From the NCBI GenBank assembly GCA_030704615.1, contig CM060732.1, positions 39,990,001-40,054,000 of the forward strand: a DNA stretch of 64,000 nt. Reading direction: 5' to 3'. The notes beneath the pieces are model-generated. The model saw only the letters and a program-made list of their open reading frames with translations. It made no database searches and had not been told where the DNA came from. The stretch comes from Takakia lepidozioides (Eukaryota > Plantae > Bryophyta). Positions within the stretch are counted from its first letter, which is position 1, and each line of letters starts with the position of its first letter. The position numbers and the translations under genes are program-made. Shown piece by piece: positions 14,393-26,120 of the stretch.

Positions 14393-15908
14393 GGCTGATC
14401 CTGCTGAGTTCTTCTCAGAGAAGTGCAAGGCAGGAGCTTCCTCCTGTCCTCAACAAAAATATGTTTCCTGACCCATTTCTCTTACCCTCCCTGGAATCCA
14501 TTTTTTGGCTCCTGGTGGATGCATGATGCTATGGATCATCATAGCAGGTTTATCTGCAGCCAGATTTCATCTAACTGGTGCTTGGGAGTGATTCAACATC
14601 CTTTCAGCAGTGCTAGTTCACAATCTGACTTCCAAACAGCAAATCCAGTCAATTGTCTCTGCCAATAGCAAGTGTGTGCAATCCAGCACAACAGATGGGG
14701 TGGATGGGCAAAGGGACCTGCCATTGGCTGCTGTTACACCTTACTGCCACAGGGCATCCCTCCATTGCCTGCATCTTATCATGGGTAGCAAGATTTTCAC
14801 TTTGCTGAAAGGGTAAATATCCAGAAGAGATAAAATCAAACTCCCGTCAATCCTGTGCAACCATCCATCATATCCATGCCATCATATCCATGCCATCATA
14901 CCTCCACATGCATGATGGACCCACCCTACCCATGCTGTTTTGTGGGGTGTCTTTGTTTGTTGAATCTGGCTCCATTACTCATCCAGTTAATGGAGCTACA
15001 AAGAGATCTCCCACACCAACAGAGACACAGGATACTTTTTTCCTCACAAATGTCCAAGCAAAATGGATTGGTCAAAAATGGGTTTCTTTCAGGAGGTTGA
15101 AGACCTTGAGGAGGGAGGAAGGTGAATTCCTTTCAGGTTTCAAACATTCTGCAGCCCACAGTTTTTGTACAGAATTCTGGATACTTTTGTTGCACCTTAG
15201 CGACTAACTTGCATGATAAGATAGTCTTCACTAAGGCAGAATGGACATGCCCAAGCAGGCAAGAAGCTTGTACTTCGAAGCATTTTGCACAAGTGCCGTA
15301 ACTTCAATGAAGCTTGGAAGTTTTATTGGGTCGAAGTCTTCAATTCCGAGTAGAGAAGGTATGAGTGAAGTGGAAGTCCTTCTGGGGGTGTTCATGCTTT
15401 TTGAACCCACACCTACTCTCTCGGCTGTGAGACATTCTTTAACCCTTTGGCATGTGTGCACGCCTACTTGCAAATGAAGAGGGTCTCATGACACTCAAGG
15501 TTGGTCTCTTGAGACTTTTCCTGCAGCAGTTCCATGATCACGATGGAGTAAACACAAAGGTGCAGTACCAAAAAAGTTCACATTGCTGTGCCAGCTTTCA
15601 CCAGTCATGTCCGATTCTACACATTATATGGAGTTTTTGCAGTTGACATTTGTCTCCGAGGTCTCCAAAGTCCGGTAAAAATCAAAACTGAACTATTCCG
15701 CAGTCTGACTCCTGAATAATGAGTCAAATGAAGTTCTTCCTACAACCAGAATGTGGAGCTTTGCAATCCTTTCCCTGGTCCGTGACTGTACAGAACCAAT
15801 CTATGTCGATTTCCTCAAGCACTGATATAGTACAAGCCATAGGACTAAAAATCTATTGCCAGTGACAAAAAATACAGGCTCTTGCCCCTTGATGCACTCC
15901 TGGAGGCT

Positions 15909-16860
15909 TCACTTGACAGGAAGTCCATAGGCCCTTTTCAATTGGTTAACAAAACCTTTGTTTTCAGCAATAAGCTTGTACTTTTTGTGAACATCCATGG
16001 CAAATCTCTCATGCTTCCTATCCAGGTCCTCTTCAGAAGACTTCTGCAGCTGTGCATTACAAATCACACCGTCAAAGCATTTCCTTCCCATACTTTGTAG
16101 CCCCAATTTTCCCCACCCTACCTCTGGCACAACTGGAGACAACCACAAAACGGCACTAACCTGACAGAGTGAGTTCAACCTGTAGTATATTCTTGTCTTT
16201 TCCACTGCATAAGATATTCAAGATCCCTCACTCCTCCAACCGTCGACTCAACAAAACAGAGATGGCATTGCTGGGGATTAGTCGAACGCGAAAAAACTTC
16301 GAAACCTTAAACCCTAAACTACGAATCCCAATGAAATTGGATACCTTCACCAGATAAGCAACCTGCTCGGCATGTTTACGTGCGAGATTGCGCCGCTTGA
16401 ACAAGTAAGGACCATCGGGATCTTTCATATCCACGAACTTCACGCATATCGGCCGCTTGCGTATTCGCAGCGGATGATCCAAAAACATGGCCTCAGTGGC
16501 CATCTTGGCACATACAGGTCGCGGCATACCTCCGAGCATGAACAGATAATCCCTCAACTCCTCCACCACAGCAGCCGCTGCCTTGGGTTTCTCCATCTCC
16601 ACAATTGCGCACCCAATGGATTTCATGTCATTGGGATTCTTCAGAAACTTCACTGACTGCACCCCGCCAAACTGCCCCAGCGCCGCTGTGAGCACGCTCT
16701 GATCCACGGACGGGGACATGTTATCCAGCAGCACACTCCTGGCCACTATCCGCTTGAGCTCGTGACCTTTCTCCTCCATGGAAGCATCTTCTGGAAATTG
16801 CAGCCGCCCATTCTCCCACTCCTCTTCGGGCCTGCTCCAATCCCACCACGCCTTGGCCAT
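15909..16860 (-). CDS. AIPP1: RRM protein, AIPP1/EDM3 (ASI1-immunoprecipitated protein 1) homolog; exons 16860-16345 and 16049-15909
   Basis: RSVLLDNMSP, ALGQFG.V, VEME, FMLGGMPRPV, DPD, LARKHAE and HKKY match the At1g05970 family pattern as recalled; phase-0 GT-AG intron. Confidence 0.8.
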
Positions 16861-17292
16861 CCTTCACACGCACTCCCTCTCTCACCCAATCTATCTATGT
16901 CGCCCCACTGCTCTGAACAATGCTGCATCCATGCCAATGCTGCGGCAATCCACAATGTCTTTCACTCCTACTCTCGCTCCCTCTCTCTCTGTGTAGTCGG
17001 GCAGATGAACAATGTCATGGCACGAAGGTCACTGGCAAGGGAAGGGCCTCAAGAAAATCTCACGCAAGACTGGATAACAGGAATGGAGCTCACAATCACC
17101 TGGTATGTTTTTGTTTTTATTTTATTTTATTGTTACCCCAAAGGGCGTTGGCCATTTAGTTTATTAGAGGGGAAAAAATTAAACCCCATTGATGTGATAA
17201 GGCATGAACACTATCCAATCTGTACGGTATGTGCACTATCCAATTGAGCTACAAATAGAACAATATTGTTTTCTTTAATTGATTCTCTCTCC

Positions 17293-17300
<8 letters not shown>

Positions 17301-17333
<33 letters not shown>
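17301..17333. repeat. Poly(T) tract
   Basis: About 33 consecutive T. Confidence 0.9.
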
Positions 17334-17334
<1 letters not shown>

Positions 17335-18698
17335 GTGAACAGGGAGAGTGAGTCCCTGATAGGTTTTCTCTTTTCTTTTTGTTTAATTATTTCATAAAAG
17401 GTTCTGTTAAATTGCAAGCACAAAAAAAAGAAAAACAATTTTATTTTATTTATTTTATATATTGTTTTTGCAATGGATTCTTCTTGGATGCGGCAAAACT
17501 CAAAACACATTTGGCATCTTTGGAAGATAAGATGCAAAAACACTTTCTCGGGGCGTACAACCACAATGACCATGCTTTCAAATATCTTCTATGACATGCA
17601 AACTAAGGCTAGAAAGGCAACGGTGAAAACGTGTGCAGATATCAACAGAGACAGAAGGAATGCGGTTGCCATCCATGCATCATTCAATAACACCTAGGGC
17701 CTCCATGGCCTCATCTGCTACAGCTGGCCATCGCAGGAACAGTGCCTCTAGACCGACCTCCCTCCAGGTGCATGGCGAGACCATCGTGCCCCCTTGCACT
17801 CTATCCCCTTGCACTCTATCCCCTGAGTTCGAGCGCGACCTAAATTGGAAACATCTCAAGCCCTCCACAAGGCCTTGAAGGTGAATTATAGATAGATAGA
17901 TCACAGCTACAATTTCAAAAGTCAAAGGTCTTTACTGACGTTCCCTTTTTGGTTTAAGCAAAGACCTTTTGGTTCGTCCCCAATGGACCATTATGTTTGA
18001 ACATAGACACTAGCGTTTAAGTGGTCTTCTCGGGACTTGGTCCTTGGCAAGGTTCGTGGAGAACTCTCTTATAGAGGGTGACTGGTTTGTTATACACTAA
18101 CTAGGGTGTGTGTGCCTTATGGTGCTTAAGGGGTTTTAATTATTTTATTTTTTTGTGTGCCTGGGAGTGTCACTCCAATTACTAACTCCAACTGATGTCA
18201 TGAAACTATAAAAATACCAAAAAGGGTGACACTAGAAAGTGGAGTGAGACGGATAGTGGTTACGTCACCGGACTGGCGTCGATCAGGCTGACGTAAGAAT
18301 TCAGCAAGAAGATCATTGCACCTCACCATCACCATTTGCCACACCACACTCGAGGACATTCTAAAATCCTTAATAGTGAGTCCACAGGAAGACGTTGGGT
18401 ATCATAGAAGAATATTCCAAATATTTCACATAGATTCCTCAACGAAATGAAACCATGCTCACACGACAAACATCGCAAAACTACTAAAAAAAAATATATT
18501 AAAATCTCTACTCACGCGATAATACCCAGAATTGATTACGAAAATATGCTCTCTTGTGAAATTGTCTTTGCGATTTCTGTTTCAATTCTTTTTTTTCATT
18601 TTTTATTTTTTTTCTGCCAACGAAACTCTCCAAACTCAATATACATCATGTTTAGGAGACATTCGCCAGTGAACTCATGCCAACATGAGCATGCTCAC

Positions 18699-18787
18699 AT
18701 AGGGCCCACCCCCGAAAGGGGGCAGTAGCCACAAGGCGAAGTGGCTCTTAGTTACGCTGGCTACAGCCGGAGTCCTCTCTCTCTCTA
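18699..18787 (+). mobile_element. 89-bp 5'-truncated non-LTR retroposon end with (TC)n tail and 11-bp target-site duplication
   Basis: AGCATGCTCAC at 18688-18698 and 18788-18798 flanks an insert ending GCCGGAGTCC(TC)n, the same terminus as at ~42201 and ~47749. Confidence 0.75.
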
Positions 18788-21321
18788 AGCATGCTCACTC
18801 GAGCAAACCAAATATGAAAATGCACTCATGCGACCAAAACTGCGAAAATAATTGAGAATGAGTTTTATCTGTAGCAAAACTATCATTGTGATTTTCAGTT
18901 TTTTTCTTTTCTTTTTGTTTTCTTTTTCCGTGAACGAACGGAACCCTCCTAAACACAATGTATCTGAGTACTCTTCACATTTTTGTTTGAAGTACCATAT
19001 GTTCACCTACTCCTATATTGATTGTGGTTAATAATCATAACACCCCCATGACCGTGGTTTGTGCTCATGTAAACTTATGCTCGAGGATTCCATTAACCCG
19101 TGGAGTAAGACCAAGTGGGAAGGGTTTAAAGAGGCCTTGCATAAACTGATGAGATAGTACAATCAGATTGTAGGCTTGCATGAGGTTAAAGTAGCATGTG
19201 CGCAAGCTCACGCTTGAGTGAGAGTGTGCTCAAGTGAGCTTAAGATGATGTGTACCAAAAATTCCAAGAATTTTTTGAGATGATAATTAGGCGAACAAAA
19301 ATGTGCTCACGCCATACGAAATGCGAAACCTTTCAAAATGTTTACTCACATGAGCACAAGCCACACAGTTGGAGCTTAGGGAATTTTCTGTTAGGGCCAA
19401 TTCCTTAAACCATGCCTGATGATTATTTGTTGTATTTTTTATAAGTGATGTTGTCGCTGGTAGCAGTCCCTGATATGCTAAAGTAGTCACAGTTCTTTTA
19501 GTTTCGTCCATGAAATTGTTGAATTATGACCTCCCACAACAATCGCGTCAAATTTTGTTAGTAAAATAAATGACCATGACGTAAAGTGACACCTCGTCAA
19601 CAAAGATGTCATGATCCAGTTTTTCTTAATATAATCCTAGAAAATCTAGATTCTTGATATATTTCGGTGGCAAAACCCATGGTGTGCTTTATTACATTAA
19701 ATTGTTGAATGAACTAATTGATTATTTGTGTGTTTGGATGGTGTTGATATTTGTGACTTTGTTTTCTCTACTATGTTATTCTTTTTCAAAATACCAATTT
19801 GTAAATATATGGACCTTGGAACTTGTAAATATATAATAAGTGAACCTATTTGCATGCAGGAACCTATGTTTGTTCTTCATATTCTATTTCCATGGAAACA
19901 TGGGTGGCCTATTGCTGTTTTTTGTGCTCAGGCCTCTATTTTTCTGCGCTCACATGAGTTGAGTTGTGCTCAGGTGAGCTCACGTTCTACCAACCCCCCT
20001 TACATTATTCCTATTGTTTTCAGTCTCTATTTCACTCACTCTTCTACGTGATGGGACTTGCATGTTGGGGCAAGCCACTATGTTGGCAAGACTACGCAAA
20101 GGGTTCTTGCATATCACAGTGATACTCTCGTTTTGTGATTTATTTCAAGCCATATGTATATGGAAGATTCCATTCATTCTTATAGATGAATACGAAAAAA
20201 TATATTGATGAATGAGAACATAGTGATTCCTGGTCCACTGCAAATAAATAGTCTTATAAAATTGTTTGAGATCAGAGTTAGTCACACTGGTGAGCGAGCC
20301 TAGAATAGAATAAAAAGAATATCTTCATGTGCCAAAATTATGCAGTGCATGAAGTTAATTAGGGCTTTGTCTCTTGCAACTCAACACAAAGTACTTTGTG
20401 CTCTCATTATGTGTAGTGAAATTCCTTTTGCTTCTGCCCTCATCTAGCCTCCACAACCTCCTCCAAGACAAACCTAACTAAGCGCGCTTTGATGAACCAG
20501 AGGCGGAGAGCTGTGAATTGTAGGTTTCAAGAAAAGGAGCCTAAACAAAATCAAATTGATTTGGAGAGCTCCACTTTGCGCCTTTGGCCATAGGGGCAGG
20601 ATTTGTAATAAATGGGGTTTGTATAGGAGAAGGGCCTGAGTGGAGGGCCCTTCTCATGCGTAAAAGAATTGCCTGAGAATTCGCCCTCTATTTCTTTCCA
20701 CCATCTTTATATTTCCAACCTACGTCACATCGTCGTGCTGGCAAAGCGAACGGTCATTTTGTCATTATTATATTTCGGCGCTCCATCATCATGATTTCTA
20801 GTGGTCCAAATTCATGTCACTTTTAGCAAGATGGTTGCTGTCCAGGGTTTGGAAGGTCCTTCCGCGAAGAAACTATGTGGAAATTTAGATATAGCTTCTT
20901 GTCTCCGGGATAAGTTTGGAACCACCTAGTACTCTAGACGTTGTTGCACAGTGCTCTTCTCTTGCTCTTGTATCGATCTCTCCTTCCTATAAGGCTCATT
21001 TGTTGAGTACAGTATCACCTCAGAGCGATTTGCTTGCGTCAGCTTAGTCTGCAGCTTGTTTGTCAATTCAAGCGTCTTCATCTCATGTTGTTCATTCAGG
21101 AAGATATTCACAAAAATCACAATGCTCCTACCTTCGACATACTACATGTTTCTTAGGAGATCGGTGTTCACCGTGAGTCCACGGACAAATCTGATGTTCT
21201 AGGCAATACGAGCATCGATCTCACTGATACTCTTCATTTTGGTGCTGAGGATACTGAATCTGACGATGATGTTAATGACGATCCTGTTGAGTATAAGTTC
21301 GCTCCACTGACAGACGACTTT

Positions 21322-22930
21322 GTGAATGATGTCAATGATGAAGTCGCAAATACTGAAGATCATCGAGCTTTTGATGTTCTTGACAATGACTCTCATGCAA
21401 AGCTAAAAATTCTCGATTTAGAGGACTGGACGAATCCTGAGGTAGACAGTGTGAATGCCAGAGGCCGCCGACGACGCAAGCATGCTGAGTTGTGGGCTCA
21501 AAATGCATTTGACTCATGGAGAGAATTCAAAGGATATGATACTTCCAAGACGATAGTGGATCTTTCAGAGGTTAACAATGGAAAAGGTTTGGTCAATATG
21601 CTTGCGATGTTTATTCTTCAAGTCGCGAAAAAAGATGGATCGCTCTAGCCTCCCACAAGGTTTATGGATTGCTCCTTGATCTCTCTTTTTATAATTTCCT
21701 CTTTGCTTTATCTTTCTCTCATTTGTTCAGTGACTGATATATTGATTGATTGTGGCCATGTCTTTATGAACAACATCCAAAGTCTTGTCGAGCTATTGGA
21801 CGCCTCATTCGGGCTCGCCAGGAACAAAGAATAGTTCAGTCTGGTCTTCCTAAGTGAAGTTTAACCTCTTTCAAGATGTGCGCTACTCTAAGGTCAGACT
21901 AGCGGGTGATGAGGCTCTAAGGCGGTCATCCAAAGCTGGTTTGGGAAGATCCGTAAAGAAGAGCGATGTTCTGACCAGGGAAGAAGAGATTATGATGTTA
22001 GCGCAACCTAAATGTCATCTAACAGCCCTGGCATGGGATGCAATGTAAGGTTCTCATATAACTTCTTCATACGGGCAACATCGGAGTTGCGTAAGGTCGG
22101 TGATTATGATTTCCAGCTTCTAAATCTTCCTATATGGCTTGATCTACGGTAAGATTTGTTTCCAGCTTTCTTTGAAGTCTTATCGAACTTATTGTCATGT
22201 ATCTTTGTGCACAATGGAAACCATAAACTATGTATTGTTTTGAGCGACTGGACCTTACCTGAAAAGCCATAGCCAAACATAAGAAAATATTCATAAATTA
22301 CCGAAAATAAAATGAAACCGAACATATGTATGTACATACATACCTTAACCTTTTGGTACCTATCCCTCTCTTCGTCGAGCGGATCAGCAAATCGAACCGG
22401 CTTGCCATCAGGACGAACCTCTCCAGAGATTATCCTCTGAATTGCACGATCCTTAATACCCTCGGAACTTTGATCAAACTTGTTAAAATCCACACAGTGT
22501 GATGCAATTGCCATTAAATCGTAGAATCTTACTTTTTGTAGGACTTGTAATCCCTATGACTGGTCTGTAGCATCCCATCCTCCACTGGTACGTTTGCGTC
22601 TTGCATCCTACTAATACCAACAGACCTACCGGTTTTGTTGCTCAACACTTTTCCTACAAGTTCTGAGATCTCAAAGGTGAGTCTCTCAGTGTAAGATCTG
22701 AGCATATTGACTCCGACAGGGCATTTCGAGTACCACACATCGTCCTTATAATTCCATTTGGAGCGAGGGTTTAGAAAAAACGGTTGCGGTCCTGCTTCTT
22801 TTCCTACAACAAGACGGTGATTTATAATCTGCATGTAAGTGTTTATGACATCGCTAGTAGGGCAATCCACTAGCTTCCGATGGGATTCGGCAGCATTCTC
22901 AAGACGGTTCTCATTCTCTAACACCTCCAT
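21322..22930. mobile_element. Decayed, intron-containing Crypton-like (DUF3504) tyrosine recombinase gene; N-terminal half on +, C-terminal half inverted on - (about 22214-22930)
   Basis: + strand: WAQNAFDSWR, LAMFILQVAKKDGSL*PPT, FNLFQDVRY...AGLGRSVKKSDVLTREEE, NFFIRATSELR. - strand: FFLNP...WYSKCPVGVNML...LSNKTGRSVGISRM...TSHRDYKSYKK. Stops, frameshifts and GT-AG intron remnants are present. Confidence 0.75.
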
Positions 22931-23830
22931 GTGAGAAACTCATGATTGAAGCCGATGGACGGGCTGTTGTTTCTACGTCTTCTTTGTTTGCGGGCACAAA
23001 CAAACCTGCCATTCATGGCTCTCTTTCTATGTGACCTTATGTTTCTCCTCATAGTCTTCCTCGAAGATCTAGTCCGGAACCCTCTGCATGTTTCGATGAT
23101 GATGTAGATTTATGGAAAAGTACCGATGGCCAATGTGCTCTTCAGTAGGAGATGGAGAAATAATATAAAGATAAACTGCAGAACACTTTTGGAGCCAGCA
23201 GATCGCAACATGTTGGACATCAATTTCACAATATGAACACTGCAACATAACTCTCAATGTTGTAGATCTTGCTGTTGCAGCGGATTTCCTGAAGAACATG
23301 AATAATTCGACTTCTTGATTCGTAGCTATAGATTGCTGATCTGAGCTACATTCAAGCAGTAAATCATTTTGTACTCGATTCTCTGATTGAGATTTCATAC
23401 AAAAGAATAAATCAAACATTGATGCTACTGTTCATTTGAAGACAATTTGCTTTCTCAATTTATCAACTTTCAAGATGCATAGTTTGGGCTCTCTTTTGGT
23501 CTGGTGATTCCCCCCCCCCACCCATGGTTATTTTTGCTCCCTTTTGTACTTACTGTACAATGTTTACCAAGTATACTCTTTATTCGGTTTAGTGTGGGAG
23601 GGGGACCTGTCCTGGCAGCCAAGAAGCTTTTAAGAGATTCTCTGACAGAAAACAGGCTGTGTATATTTTGCGAGCACAATGTTCCATCATCTTGATCGGC
23701 ACGCATGCTGTGGAGATCCATTTGCAGGAGGTGGCATATTTGATTTATAGGAACTAGTGTGATAAGTAGGGTTGGGGTGTTTGGTAGAGAGCTAGAGAGC
23801 TTGTGATGCAAATGCAAGCATACGGCTCCC

Positions 23831-24188
23831 TGGGACAATCAGACCAAGTTCAATTGAATGAACACCAAAACGGGATTCTTGTCCAAGAAGTTGGGCTTGT
23901 GGGCTACCTTACATTCTGGCAGTATGGTAGATGTAGACCCTGTGAAGCAAGACGCAGCCCCTATGAATTGGACTGAAAGTGAAATCTGGTTTGGACTTTG
24001 GACAACTACCAAAATGCCACCTCCATCTCAGAGCACGAGATGAGGTACTCATGTTCCAATTCATTTAATACATTTCTCAACCGTCTTTCCCACCTCATTC
24101 TACAGTTGATGTCCAGTCTGCGGTGGAAGCATGTAGGATAGTAGATATCTTGCAGCATATTGATCTGTCATGGAACTCTGCTTGGCTT
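23831..24188. repeat. Dispersed repeat A, copy 1 (copy 2 at 37737-38113)
   Basis: Shared blocks GGGACAATCAGACCAAGTTCAATTGAATGAA, GATGTAGACCCTGTGAAGCAA and GGAACTCTGCTTGGCTT, same orientation. Confidence 0.85.
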
Positions 24189-24686
24189 GAGTTTTGCCAA
24201 GCCAAGACCTCTGCGATTCTGTGGCAAATTCCCTGAGCAAATTGCCAGCACGGTCCTCAAAATCCCACAGTGGATGCATATTTTGGGGCAAATATTGCAC
24301 CTGCAAAGTAATCACAATCAACATAGCAGTCTCACTTTCATTCTATCTGTGTTGCAGCTCTACAAATAGCAAACTTCATCATGCCTACTCACCAGAACTG
24401 CCGACGACTGAAGACAGTTAGCATTGTATGTGATTATAGAATGGGAGCATCATGCATTCGATTTATACTACTGACGATTAAGTATCAACATTGGTAGGCC
24501 AACTTGTCAGAAAAGGTAGGCTACTGCTAGGAAGCCTTTAGAAACCTCTTCAGGAGCAAATTCTTGTAGATTCTGAGATGGAAAGAAGTTAACTAGGTCC
24601 GCAGGAGGCCCAAGGGACACAAAATTGCACAAAAGTAGGGAGATGAAATGTGCCCTGTATTGAGGAGAGTAGTAGTTGTAACATAC

Positions 24687-24846
24687 CAACAGTGTCATAT
24701 ATCACATCATAACGCTCTGGCATGTCAACGAAGTTTTGAGACTTGTAGTCGATCACCAGGTCCGCCCCCAAGCTTTTTAAAAGATCCGCCTTAGAAGCAC
24801 TTGCTGTGGCCGCCACAAAGGAGGCCTCGAAGACTTGCTTAGCCAC
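24687..24846 (-). pseudogene. Orphan exon of an MDR-family quinone/alkenal oxidoreductase (AOR-like)
   Basis: VAKQVFEASFVAATASASKADLLKSLGADLVIDYKSQNFVDMPERYDVIYDTVG with intact AG and GT borders; no other exons found in the window. Confidence 0.8.
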
Positions 24847-24882
24847 CTGTCATGATTTTACACTTGTAGCACTTAGACGAGT

Positions 24883-26120
24883 ATGATACGCGAAGGGTTT
24901 CAAAACCCCACCAGGTCATGTGCATTTGTGTGCATTCTCAAGGCGTGTACCAGCCTGGCAGCCCTGGAGAAGGACTAAGAGGTCCGTAGTGACACACCCC
25001 TGAGAGCAAGAATTGAACCAAATACCAGTCTGGACACTGCCCTGATTGACATGTATACCAAATGTGAGAACCTCATAGATGTGCATTAACCCTTAAGTTC
25101 CCAAGCGACCTGAATCGGGTCACTTTGAATTTGCAGTTCGACCTAATTTTTGCAGATCTAGTCTGATGGGGCCCACTCCTGAAGCTTTAATGACAAGGGA
25201 TTTGTCTCGAGTATGATGAAAAAACAAAACTAAAAAAAAACAAAAGCTGCTACCTACAAAAAATATCTTAGATCTCTCATTTACGTTTTGGGGCCTGGAA
25301 AGGGCTTGTTGACCGCTGACGTGGCAGGTAAACAAGCCCAAAACAGATTGCACTCCAAAGGCCGTTTTTGGCAGAAAATTAGCAATTTTGGAAAAAGCAT
25401 TTCACCTTGTGGTGTGAGCATTACATACACACATCCACCATTGGCTTTTAAAAAATTTGTAGAAAAAAAAGTACTTCATTTGGAGGCACATTTTCTCTTG
25501 TCAATTTTGAGATTTCAACCCCCATGTAATTGCATGCAAAGCAAGCATAGGTGAAAAAATCAGTTGGACTTGCAATTTAGTGGGGTCATGGCCACTCCAC
25601 TATTGATTTGGAAATGGTGGGTCTTGGGGCAAGCAAAATTGGATAAAGCTAGGTTTTGATTTGGTCAAACCAATTTCTTTCTCACTTTTTCTTTGGGACC
25701 TGATATTTGAGGTCTGGGCCATCGTTATCATCTCACAATTTCCACGGTGGACTTGGCTCAATTTTTGGTATGTAATGCATAAATGAGCTGGGCCCACTGC
25801 TATAAGGCTGGAATCTCTGGATGATATTTGGTAGGTTTCTAGGGGCAATTTACTGCACCTAGGTACCCAAAATTGGTCAAAAGTCAAAAAAGGGCTTGGG
25901 AACTTGAGGGTTAAGTGCTTATAATAGTATGGCTCAACAAGATGTGGTTGCATGAAACACAATGATCATAGTATGGAGATTTAGGAGCAGGAAGGGGTGA
26001 CACTTGATCAGGTCATATTCATTAGCCTTCTCAAGGTGTGCGATAGCATTGCCACCCTGGACAAGGGTAGAAAGGTCCTTGCTGACGTCATGAGATTGTG
26101 CCAAATGTCATTTTGGACTC
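24883..26120 (+). pseudogene. Degenerate PLS-class PPR gene fragment, interrupted by the TTAA MITE
   Basis: FVCILKACTSLAALEK, DTALIDMYTKCENLIDVH, then after the insert NSMAQQDVVA*NTMI and EGVTLDQVIFISLLKVCDSIATLDKGRKV. Confidence 0.75.
25090..25910. mobile_element. Non-autonomous piggyBac-like MITE (821 bp)
   Basis: TTAA|CCCTTAAGTTCCCAAGC ... GCTTGGGAACTTGAGGG|TTAA: 17-bp TIR (16/17 match), TTAA on both sides, and excision rejoins the PPR relic. Confidence 0.85.

Noticed and set aside
20627-20655. 10-bp stem hairpin GAGAAGGGCC/GGCCCTTCTC
   Set aside because: Isolated, with no CTRR Helitron end or other supporting context.
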